Below are positions 54,077 through 64,000 of a stretch of DNA of 64,000 nt, in pieces. A program made the position numbers and the translations under genes. Every line of letters starts with the position of its first letter. Positions within the stretch are counted from its first letter, which is position 1. This stretch comes from Eledone cirrhosa (Eukaryota). The notes under the pieces are model-generated. The model searched no databases. It had not been told where the DNA came from and saw nothing but the letters and a program-made list of their open reading frames with translations. The stretch covers positions 371,442,001 to 371,506,000 of the forward strand of contig OZ024743.1 in NCBI GenBank assembly GCA_964016885.1. The letters run 5' to 3'.

Positions 54077-54132
54077 CCGTTCTGATGATTGAAAGCAAAA
54101 CCTTTTGCTTTTAAGAAACCACTGGTAAATGG
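54077..54132 (+). ncRNA. Hammerhead ribozyme, inverted copy of 46113-46168
   Basis: CCGTT-CTGATGA-long stem II-GAAA-CCACTGG-TA-AATGG. Confidence 0.82.
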
Positions 54133-54236
54133 AATAATTGCCTTATGTTGTTTATTACATAATAATAATAATTAAGCTCTGTTGCCTACATAGAGCACTC
54201 TTTTTTCCTGGACTTTTCCGATGGAATTACTTCATT

Positions 54237-54285
<49 letters not shown>

Positions 54286-55030
54286 TCACCTAGCTTATGC
54301 TAAACAGAATAATTTTGAAGCTTGTTTCTTTCCCCTACGGTTAGCTATACTCTTTGTTGTTCTCCTGTCTCACTCGCTTTACGCGTTTCAATTGTCCTAA
54401 TAACTTATTTTGGTTATTATTGCACCGATGTGAGGTATATGATTTTTAATGCAATGAAATATCTATGATCGTCGGCAAATCACTGATGAGGGACTCATTT
54501 TATTACATGTTATCCATGTGCTACCTGCAGTATTTTCCTCTATATTTTATTACATATATTTACCACTGCGATTCTGTGTTTTTTTCTCTCTCTCTCTTAC
54601 TGCTCCCCCATTCTCTCTGTTTCTCCCCCTCTGTCATGTCAGTTAACTCTTCCTCACACTTTCACTCACTCACTGTTTCTCTTCTCTTCATTTCATCCTG
54701 TACACCACGAAGGCTATTTTTCTCTCTTCTCACATGGCCATCGTTCGTGTCAGGTCTTTTTTCTAAAAGCGCTCATATATTCACCTAGCTTATGCTAAAC
54801 AGAATAATTTTGAAGCTTGTTTCTTTCCCCTACGGTTAGCTATACTCTTTGTTGTTCTCCTGTCTCACTCGCTTTACGCGTTTCAATTGTCCTAATAACT
54901 TATTTTAGTTATTATTGCACCGACGTGAGGTATATGATTTTTAATGCAATGAAATATCTATGATCGTCGGCAAATCACTGATGAGGGACTCATTTTATTA
55001 CATGTTATCCATGTGCTACCTGCAGTATTT
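54286..55030. repeat. 495-bp unit with half tandem copy between (TA)n tracts
   Basis: 54286-54535 repeated at 54781-55030. Confidence 0.9.
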
Positions 55031-55054
55031 TTCTCTCTCTATATATATATATAT

Positions 55055-55668
55055 ATAGTGGTGGAACACTGGAAGGTAATATCCGTAGTGGTAGAGCACT
55101 CAGCCCATGGGAGGAGTTAAGTAAAAGTGGTTACACAACAGTTAGTTCACCATACCGAGAACAATTGTTTCACCTTAACGGATCCTCAGCTCGGAATGGG
55201 CATGGTTATAGAAACAGGAAGGACAACCGTATGAACGCGCATGCGCAGAAACCCGGTCACTTCACACAGGCAATAGTAGACTGCGTGCGAGAGGTGTACG
55301 GGAGATAACTGCGAAAGTCCGAAAAGTTTCTAGGTTGAAAATAAAATTACAAAGAATCAGTCCGGAGCCTTGTAGTTATGCAATAGGTGTTTGGCGACGT
55401 GTGGACAACGTATGAAAAATTCATTTCTCGTGTTTAGGCAATCACTATTGCGTAATCTCTTTAGAATAGTTATTCCTTCGTCAATACATAAGCCACACGT
55501 CGGATTTCCCCTTGCGTATGGCTTGGACTTAGTGATGGCTTTCCATTGAATGGAGTAGTCTATACTTGAGTCCTTGAGGGACCATACGTGGCTCGCGAGT
55601 TTCGTGGATGAACGTCTGTCCGGGTACCTGAAGGTAGACTGGTGGTTCAGGAAACGTTCCTTAAATCG
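55055..55668 (-). mobile_element. Penelope-like 3' fragment (GIY-YIG C-terminus 55357-55668 plus tail)
   Basis: Manual translation RFKERFLNHQSTF..LASHVWSLKD..YSIQWK..CGLCIDE..CLNTRNEFFIRCPH. Confidence 0.87.
55155..55194 (-). ncRNA. Minimal hammerhead ribozyme in Penelope tail
   Basis: CCGAG-CTGAGGA-TCCGTTAAGGT-GAAA-CAATTG-TT-CTCGG. Confidence 0.72.
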
Positions 55669-58600
55669 GCCATTGAAAGTCCCCGTATTTTGGTCTAACG
55701 ACCCGACTCTGTGGTTCGCTCACATAGAAGCGCAATTCACCGCGAACAGAATTAAGAGCGATTCTGCAAAGCTCACCTACATCATTGGATCTGTCCCGCC
55801 AGAAGTTTTGGCTGAGGTAAGGGACCTCGTCATGGCACCGCCAGGCACGGTGTCATATGAATCATTCCGCAAGGAATTGGTCAAGCGGACGACCGCGTCA
55901 CAGCAGAGACGACTCAACCAATTCGTGTCTGCAGAAGAATTGGGGGACAGAAAACCGTCCCAACTATTGCGAAAGATGAGACAGCTGATGGAGGACCAGC
56001 CGCTTTCAGAAGATCTGCTGAAACGGTTGTTCATACAGCGCTTGCCCTTATCGATGCAGGGCATTCTGGCGTCGACTAACGAGTCAGCAACCCCAGAGGA
56101 ACTGGCGAGTGTCGCAGATAAGATCGCTGAGGTATCAAACCCTTTTGCCTCAGTAGCACAGGTAGATCGTCGGACGAACCCTTACGTAGCGTCCTCGGAC
56201 TCCACCTCCGAGACTTCAGAGCTGCGGGCTATGATCAGAGAGCAGGCTGGTCAAATCAAAGCCCTCTCAAACCAATTAGAAAGCCTGACCTTGCAAACAC
56301 ACCGGCGGCATAGCAACAGTCGGTCCAGACCCTTTCACCGTCAAAGATCGAGAAGTCCCAGTCAAAATCGTGTGTCTGGCAACCTCTGCTGGTATCACGA
56401 GGAATTCGGCGCTCGGGCATCTAAGTGCAAAGCCCCGTGCTCTTTCCGGAATGCCACCCAGGGCCTGGCGACGACGTTCACCTCTGGTACTGAAAAGAAA
56501 AGTCGTCTATTTTTTATTAACGACCAGGCGACAGGCATCCGTTACCTCGTGGATACAGGAGCCCAGGTTAGTGTTATTCTTGTTTCACCAATCTCGGGCA
56601 AAAGACACCCAACCCCGTCCTTTCTGCAGGCAGTGAACCAATCGTCAATTCCGACTTTCGGGGAGAAGTCTCTGACCCTCAATTTAGGCCTGAGGCGGCG
56701 TTTTCAATGGGTGTTCGTCGTGGCAGACCTGCCGACCCCGATCCTAGGAGCCGATTTTCTCCACCACTTCAACCTTCTGGTGGATATGAAGAACCGGAGG
56801 CTTATTGACACCACCACAAACCTCACTGTGAGAGGTATATATACCACGCAATCCACAGTGAGCCCTGTAATTTGCCAGTCAGAGTCTTCACGGTACAACG
56901 GCATTCTCCAGAAATACCCAGACATCACTCGCCCGGTATTTAAGGATGGTCCTATTAAGCATAGTGTCACACACCACATCGAGACAAAGGGACCACCCAC
57001 AGCTGCCCGACCAAGGAGACTGCCTCCAGACCGATTGAGAATCGCCAAGCAGGAGTTCCAACACATGCTAGACCTCGGAATCATTCGCCCTTCCTCCAGC
57101 AACTGGTCTGCACCCCTACACCTTGTTCCCCCCAAAAAACGAGAATGATTGGCGACCATGTGGGGATTATCGTGCACTTAACAATTCTACAGTGCCCGAT
57201 AATTACCCTGTACCTCACCTGCACGATTTTTCCGCCTCTCTGCAAGGCGCACGCATCTTTTCCAAGGTAGATTTGGTGCGTGCATATAACCAGATACCTA
57301 TGGAGCCTGCAGACATTCCGAAAACGGCAATCACAACACCGTTCGGTTTATTCGAATTCCTGCGAATGCCGTTCGGTCTGCGCAACGCTGCACAAACTTT
57401 TCAGCGGTTTATTGACACCGTGTTACGCGATCTACCCTTCGTATACGCGTATATTGACGACGTGCTGGTAGCAAGTGCTTCCGAGAATGAACACGAGAAG
57501 CACTTAGATCTCCTTTTCCGATGTTTGGCTGAGTACGGTATCATCATCAACCCCAGCAAGTGCCTTCTCGGCGTTCCTTCACTGTCCTTTCTCGGGCACA
57601 TCATCGATAAAGACGGCATTCGCCCACTTCCCGAGAAAGTAGAAGCTATCCGCAGTTTTCCTGCACCTACATCACTTCGGAAACTGCGTGAATTCCTCGG
57701 TCTGGTGAATTTTTATAGGCGGTTCATCCCGCATTGTTCCGACGCAGCCAGACTCCTCACGGACCTTCTTCGTAACCGGACTCGCAAAAACGAAGAGATC
57801 ACTCTAAACGAGGAAGAATAATCTTTTAACCGCCTGAAGGAAATGTTGGCAAACGCTTCCATGCTCGTTTTCCCCAGGTCTGGCGCTCCTCTTTCGCTGC
57901 TAGTGGACGCATCAGACACGGGGGTTGGAGGCGTTCTACAACAACATGTCGACGGCGTGTGGCAACCCTTATCCTTCTTTTCTAAGCGGTTGCAACCGGC
58001 AGAAACGAAATACAGTACCTTTGGCCGCGAACTCTTGGCAACCTATCTTTCGGTTAAGCATTTTCGGCACATGCTTGAAGGATCAGATTTGGTGATCTAC
58101 ACGGACCATAAACCATTAATTTATGCGTTCCGTACCAAACCTGATCGACATTCACCGAAAGAACTCTGACACCTGGATTTTGTCTCCCAATATTCAACTG
58201 ATATTCGGCATATCAAGGGATCAGACAACGTAGCAGCCGACGCCCTGTCCCGAATCCAGCTGAACGCAATACATGTGCATTCAGGCATCGACCTTCAACA
58301 GATCGCAGCTGACCAAGAGACTGACGAAGAGTTTATCAAACTCCGAGATTCGCCATCCCTCAAGTTTCAGCAAGTTCCCATTCCTTCTTCTCCGGGACAA
58401 ATTTGGTGCGACCTTTCTACCGGTCATGAACGACCGTACGTACTACAGATGCATCGTCGACAAGTTTTTTCTGCTTTACACTGCTTGTCTCACCCGGGAA
58501 TCCGGGCTACACAGAAACTCATCTCTGCTCGTTTTGTGTGGACTAACATTAACAAGGACGTGCGCGACTGGTCCAGGAGCTACATTGCCTGCCAGAAAGC

Positions 58601-59573
58601 CAAAGTCCACAGACACATCAAAACTCCACTCGGCACATTCGCGCAACCTGATGCCCGTTTTCATCATGTGCATATCGACATCGTCGGAGCTCTACCACCA
58701 TCACAGAACTACACACACTTGCTCACCTGCATAGATCGATTTTCTCGTTGGCCTGAGGCTTTTCCCATAAATGATACCTCAGCGGAAACAGTCGCTAAAA
58801 CTTTGGTTTTACACTGGGTATCACGTTATGGCGCCCCAGCGAAGATAACAACGGACAGAGGACGCCAGTTTGACTCCCACCTCTTCAGGGAACTGACTCG
58901 CCTGTTAGGATGTAAACACATCCGCACGACAGCTTATCACCCGCAAGCTAATGGTCTCGTGGAAAGATTCCATCGCCAATTGAAAGCTGCAATAAAAGCA
59001 TATCCAGACAAGACACACTGGTTTGAATACCTGCCACTCATCCTTCTGGGCATTCGATCCACCGTTAAGGAGGAATCCGGACACACACCTGCAGAATTAG
59101 TGTACGGCACCACCCTGGTTCTACCTGGTCAGATGGTTGCTCCCATCTCTCCTCAGGATGTTCCAGACCCAGGATCATACGTACACCGTCTTCGACAATA
59201 TATGTCTCACCTTGCTCCTGCAAGCACCCGTCAACAGAACACGGCCACACACGTACCTTCAGACATTAAAGATTGGACACACGTTTTCTTTCGAAACGAC
59301 ACCATCTCAGCTCATCTTCGACCTCCATATTCTGGCCTTTATCGTGTTCTAAAAAAATATCCGAAATATTTTATTCTCGATCTATATGGTAAACAGAATT
59401 CTGTCAGCGTGGACAGATTAAAAAAAGCCACCATGGATACTGTTACGGTCTCTACACCAGAAACTCCAACAGATTGCTGTCCCAGCGAGCCACCTGTTTC
59501 ATCTCCAGTCACGAGAAGTGGACGACGCGTCCATTGGTCCGCCAAGTTGGCACAATATGTGAATTACCGTTAA
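55669..59573 (+). pseudogene. pol: gag-pol polyprotein with a frameshift near 57135 and stops at 57819 and 58167
   Basis: ORFs 55574-57148, 57123-57821, 57843-58169, 58275-59573. Confidence 0.9.
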
Positions 59574-60507
59574 CCTCATGTGAGTTTCTTAATCATTCTT
59601 CGTGCAAAACATTTCCATTTTTCTTGTGTTTACTATTTCCAGTTTCAAATACAATGAACTATCTGCTTGACCAATTGCAACTTTTAGTGACCATGTGCTC
59701 ATGTCACGAAGAACATTATTTATTATGAACATTATTTATTACAAACACTATTTAAGAACAAACATTGTGTATATCATTGTGTATAACATTTTTTTTTCTT
59801 CTCTCTCTTGTTTTGCAAAATTTGTATTTTTCTTGTTCTGTAACATTGATTGTGTAATTGCCATAACTTTTATATACATACAAGGCGTGTACATATCCTG
59901 TTTTTCATGCACACTACAAAACCACGTTTGTTTCACCTTTTAGTTCATACACTGAGCAATAGATATTTGTGTCCCTCTAACTCTTACACTACAAAATGTT
60001 TTCTCTTTGATCACGCATTTCACAAATCGCATCCTCAAAACACTGGCCTTCTTTTTTCACGTACACATTCCCTCAATAGCTCGAGAATGCCTCGCTATTT
60101 TTTTTACCACCAGCATTCGCTCAAGTCATATGCTGTGGAGCAAACTGTTACTTTTAGGCAGCATGCTTACGGCCATTCAGTTCACACATTACGGTTATCT
60201 TCACTGCCCAGTTAGACTTTTTGTCACGCAATTCACAGGCAGCTCAACCGAAATTGCAACAGGCTCATTCATCACGCCTGCATAAATCTGGTCAAAGTCA
60301 TTTTATAGTTTATTTCTTTTTTTCTCTTCCTGACACACACATCTTGCCATATCATCTCTACATCGACTCTGTCCTGTACTCGATGATCACAAAATTTCAC
60401 AACGTGCTGGACACTTCTGGGGCTATTGTCATGACAAATGCACCACTGGCCCATTACTATACGATATTTCGCTCTTTTGTTGTACAAAAGAACTGGCAGG
60501 GGGCTAA

Positions 60508-61004
60508 TGTACAGCCACCGGAAATAACATCTGTGAAATATACAGCGCCATCTACCTGTTAGCTAGCTACTTCAACGTGAAACAAAAGAACCCTTAAAAC
60601 CTACCAGAATAAACGCCTACACATCGGCTAAACATCAAACGATTGTTTCTGTATAAATAGAGTGGTTCCCAACACTTCGCTAGTCGACTTTTGGCAGAGT
60701 CAGCTAACGCATCGTTGTTCCTCGCCTCTGCCACGCTTTGTCACTCACACGCCTTGTACCTCGTATCGTCGCTTCATGTGAAAATAAATAGCTGATCGAA
60801 TTTACATCTCGCCTTGCTTCGTCCTTTCAACTTGTGCTTTCGTCTGTCCATCCTCAACAGTTCTTTTAAGGGCTATATGCGACAACAGTCCTTTTAAGGG
60901 CTATCTTCAGATCTGATCAGACCGTATGCGATAAGAGTCTTTCTAAGGGCTATTCTCAGATCTGATCAAAAGTAGTGACTAGACTGACTAACCACGTTGC
61001 TACA
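60508..61004 (+). repeat. Putative 3' LTR
   Basis: Follows purine tract GGCAGGGGG; TGTA...TACA ends; TATAAATA near 60652; AATAAA near 60783; right end uncertain. Confidence 0.65.
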
Positions 61005-61154
61005 AATGTATTTTTTTCTCGTGTATATGTGTGAATGTTTTATACTTTTTGATATATGTATATACACCTACATTTGTGTATATGTACCTATACGTGTGGT
61101 TGAGAGTATATGCGTGCGTATGTGTGTATGCATGTGAGTATGTATATGTGTGTA

Positions 61155-61259
<105 letters not shown>

Positions 61260-61337
61260 ATGTTTGTATGTATACACTTAACTGTGTATATGTTTATGTT
61301 TGTACTGTATATATATGTGTGTGTATATTTCTATGTA

Positions 61338-61392
<55 letters not shown>

Positions 61393-61400
<8 letters not shown>

Positions 61401-61675
61401 AAAAAGAGATGAAATCGAAAATGCAACTGGAGTCTTATTTTTTTTTTTTTAAATATATATATTTATTTGGTTCCTTTACCGGTTTCGCAGTTCTTCTGCT
61501 TTTCAAAAGGCGAGTTGAGATGTGAGAAAAACCACAGACCCTCCATCTCAACTCACCTTTTGAAAAGCAAAAGAACTGCGAAACCGGTAAAGGAACCAAA
61601 TAAATATATATATTTAAAAAAAAAAAAAAAAATAAGATTCCAGTTGCATTTTCGATTTCATCTCTTTTTCTTTAT
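61393..61675. repeat. Fold-back inverted repeat, arms about 130 bp
   Basis: 61393-61522 is reverse-complementary to 61545-61675; adjoins (TA)n. Confidence 0.88.
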
Positions 61676-61735
61676 ACTTTCACTCGTGTAGGACACCTCG
61701 GTTATTTTTCATTTTGTAAAAAAAAAAAACCTCAC

Positions 61736-61776
<41 letters not shown>

Positions 61777-61859
61777 AAAAGTTAAACAAGGTTCATTGAT
61801 TAATCAATGAATATAGTTTTACAATAGATTAGAAGCACTCAACAGAAAAGTTTTCTGGA

Positions 61860-63550
61860 GTTATTAAGAATTGAGAAAGAATTACAGAAAAGCCCCGGCT
61901 GATGATCTAGTAGATATCAATAATGATGCGTTTGAAATAATCACCGATCTCGAAATTGAAAGGAAGATCGAACCTTTCATACTAAGGCAACCGCGGATAA
62001 ATTTTAAAGACCATAAAGGAAATTTCGAAGAGGACTTGCCTGTTAGACTTATCGCACCTTCTAAGTCAGACATTGGAATAATTAGTAAAAACATAATAGA
62101 GAGAATTTTGCCAACATTAAAATTGAGGTCAAGGCTTAACTTATGGAAGGACACTAGTGAAGTCATAGATTGGTTTAGGAACATTGAAAATAAGAAAAAT
62201 CATAAATTTATTCAAATGGACATAGCGAGCTAATTGAATAAGGCATATAAACACACTGATCTATCTAGTGAGGAGATTAATATTATTTTAACGGCTAGGC
62301 GAACCTTGATTAACTTTAATAATGATTTTTTGGACTCGTTCGGATAGACAGAAGAATTTCGACATTACCATGGGATCGTCCGACTCTGCGCAAGTTACCG
62401 ATCTTCTGGGAATTTTTATCCTTAATATGATAAATAGAAAACTGCCGGAGATTACCGGTGGTTTATATAGAGATGATATATTATTTACTGTAGTTAAACA
62501 TAGCAATAGTGAATTAAATAGAGTAAAGAAAATAATTATAGAATTCTTTAAAAATTACGACCTGAAATTAGAAGTAGAAAGTAACAGTAAAATAGTTAAC
62601 TTCCTAGACGTAACCCTTAATTTAAACTCAGGCCTATACTACCCCTTCCATAAACCCAATGAAAACCTAAACTATGTTAGTTTTTATTCTAATCATCCTA
62701 AATGTGTTAAAAATGCAATAGTCAATAGTGTTCAACAACGTTTAACTAGATTATCTGCTAACAAATCCATTTTTATTAGTAAAGCTGGATATTATAATGA
62801 AGCGTTACATAAAACAGGATATAAAAATAATATTGAATATGTAGAAAATAATAATTGTAATTATAAACAAAATATTCATAATAATAGGAATAATATAAAT
62901 AAAACTGACTGTAAAAATAAAAATAAAAATAAAAATAAAAATAAAAATAAAAATAAAAATAAAAATAAAAATAAAAATAAAAATAAAAATAAAAATAAAA
63001 ATAAAAATAAAAATAAAAATAAAAATAAAAATATAAATAAAAATAGCAATTTCGAGAATAAATCAGTGAAAAAAAATTAGAACTAGATCTATTATTTGGT
63101 ATGCACCACCAGCATCTTTAGCTATTAAAACACCTTTAACACATTTATTTTTTAAAGCCTTGGATAAATGTTTCCCTAGAACACATAAATATTACTCTAA
63201 CTTCAATAAACACACAGTTAAACTCTCTTACTCAACAACTATGAATATGGCTAAAAATATTGCAAAAATAAATAGCAGAATTCTTAGTTCTAACCAACAT
63301 ATAATTAGCGATAATGACAATAATAATAATAATACTATGGTTATTGAGAATAACAATAACAATAATTTAAGCACATATAGTAGAACACCTACAAATATTA
63401 ACAATGATAACGCGAACAGTTTAGATTATAGAAATAACATGAAATCGAACTGTAACTGTAGAAGGAAATCTGAATGCCCTTTGCAAAATAACTGCCTAGA
63501 TAAGAATTTAGTATATAAATGTACCATTAAAGCAAATAATAATATTTGTG
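61860..63550 (+). mobile_element. Penelope-like RT and start of GIY-YIG, decayed, cut by a SINE
   Basis: FKDHK..VRLIAPSKSDIG, QMDI, FDITMGS, GGLYRDD, NFLDVTL, SNHP, CNCR..CPL..LVY. Confidence 0.9.
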
Positions 63551-63852
63551 TCTACTTTAGGCACAAGGCCAGCAATTACCCAGTTCATTACTGGTACTTT
63601 ATTTTATCGACCCTGTAAGGATGAAAGGCAAAGTCAACCTCGGCACTTCATTTGAAACCAGAATGAAGCGGACTGTAAAGCAGTGAATAAGATGCTTTAC
63701 AGTCCTCTACGTTAACCCTTTAGCATTTAAACCGATCGTAACCGGCCAGAATTCTCTCGCCTCATACTGATGTTAAGGTATTGTTTTCAAAATATATAAC
63801 ATCAAAATCACACAGATTTGATATTATGTGAGATAATTACATAAGATAAAGC

Positions 63853-64000
63853 CTTTACCGTGAAAATACAATAGTATATATCGAGTAATGTAAATGTTAT
63901 GTGAGGTAAAGTCTTTACCATGAAAATACAATAGTATATATCGAGTAATGTAAATGTTATGTGAGGTAAAGTCTTTACCATGAAAATACAATAGTATATA
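63853..64000. repeat. 60-bp tandem repeat, runs off the window end
   Basis: tttaccatgaaaatacaatagtatatatcgagtaatgtaaatgttatgtgaggtaaagtc, about 2.4 copies. Confidence 0.92.

Larger units (their letters stand above)
46078..54170 (-). mobile_element. Penelope-like element 2 with downstream tail (interrupted by element 1) and inverted tail copy at its 5' end
   Basis: 53015-53730 is the inverse of 49895-50610; 53730-54170 is the inverse of 46078-46570. Confidence 0.75.
55669..61004 (+). mobile_element. Ty3/Gypsy LTR retrotransposon, CsRn1/Kabuki-like, 5' LTR missing
   Basis: gag CWYHx9CKAPC (CX2HX9CX3C), [49 protein letters not shown]; PPT and 3' LTR. Confidence 0.93.

Noticed and set aside
55574-55668. 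N-terminal extension of Gypsy gag
   Set aside because: It is the antisense strand of a Penelope GIY-YIG fragment fused by chance

Overview
AT-rich, (TA)n-microsatellite-rich eukaryotic DNA. The SINE tails and repeat landscape resemble those of octopod cephalopods (inference). I found no host gene; the window is almost entirely nested mobile DNA. It holds two decayed Ty3/Gypsy LTR elements (one with a CsRn1-type CX2HX9CX3C gag motif), about nine RTE-clade LINE copies or fragments and one R4/Dong-like RLE LINE. It also holds five or more Penelope-like (RT + GIY-YIG) remnants, a DD37D/maT-like Tc1/mariner, a pogo-like MITE, a non-autonomous Helitron, tRNA-derived SINEs and minisatellites. Three things stand out. 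(1) There are about 18 hammerhead-ribozyme (HHR) motifs from roughly 11 sequence families, several in non-coding, greater-than-unit-length repeats inserted in (TA)n tracts (retrozyme-like). One of these has a complete stem III. (2) An RTE lineage carries a C4HC3 PHD-type finger inserted inside its reverse transcriptase. (3) One Penelope is nested in another, each with an inverted copy of its own HHR-bearing 3' tail. Boundaries and RNA folds were read by eye and need computational confirmation.
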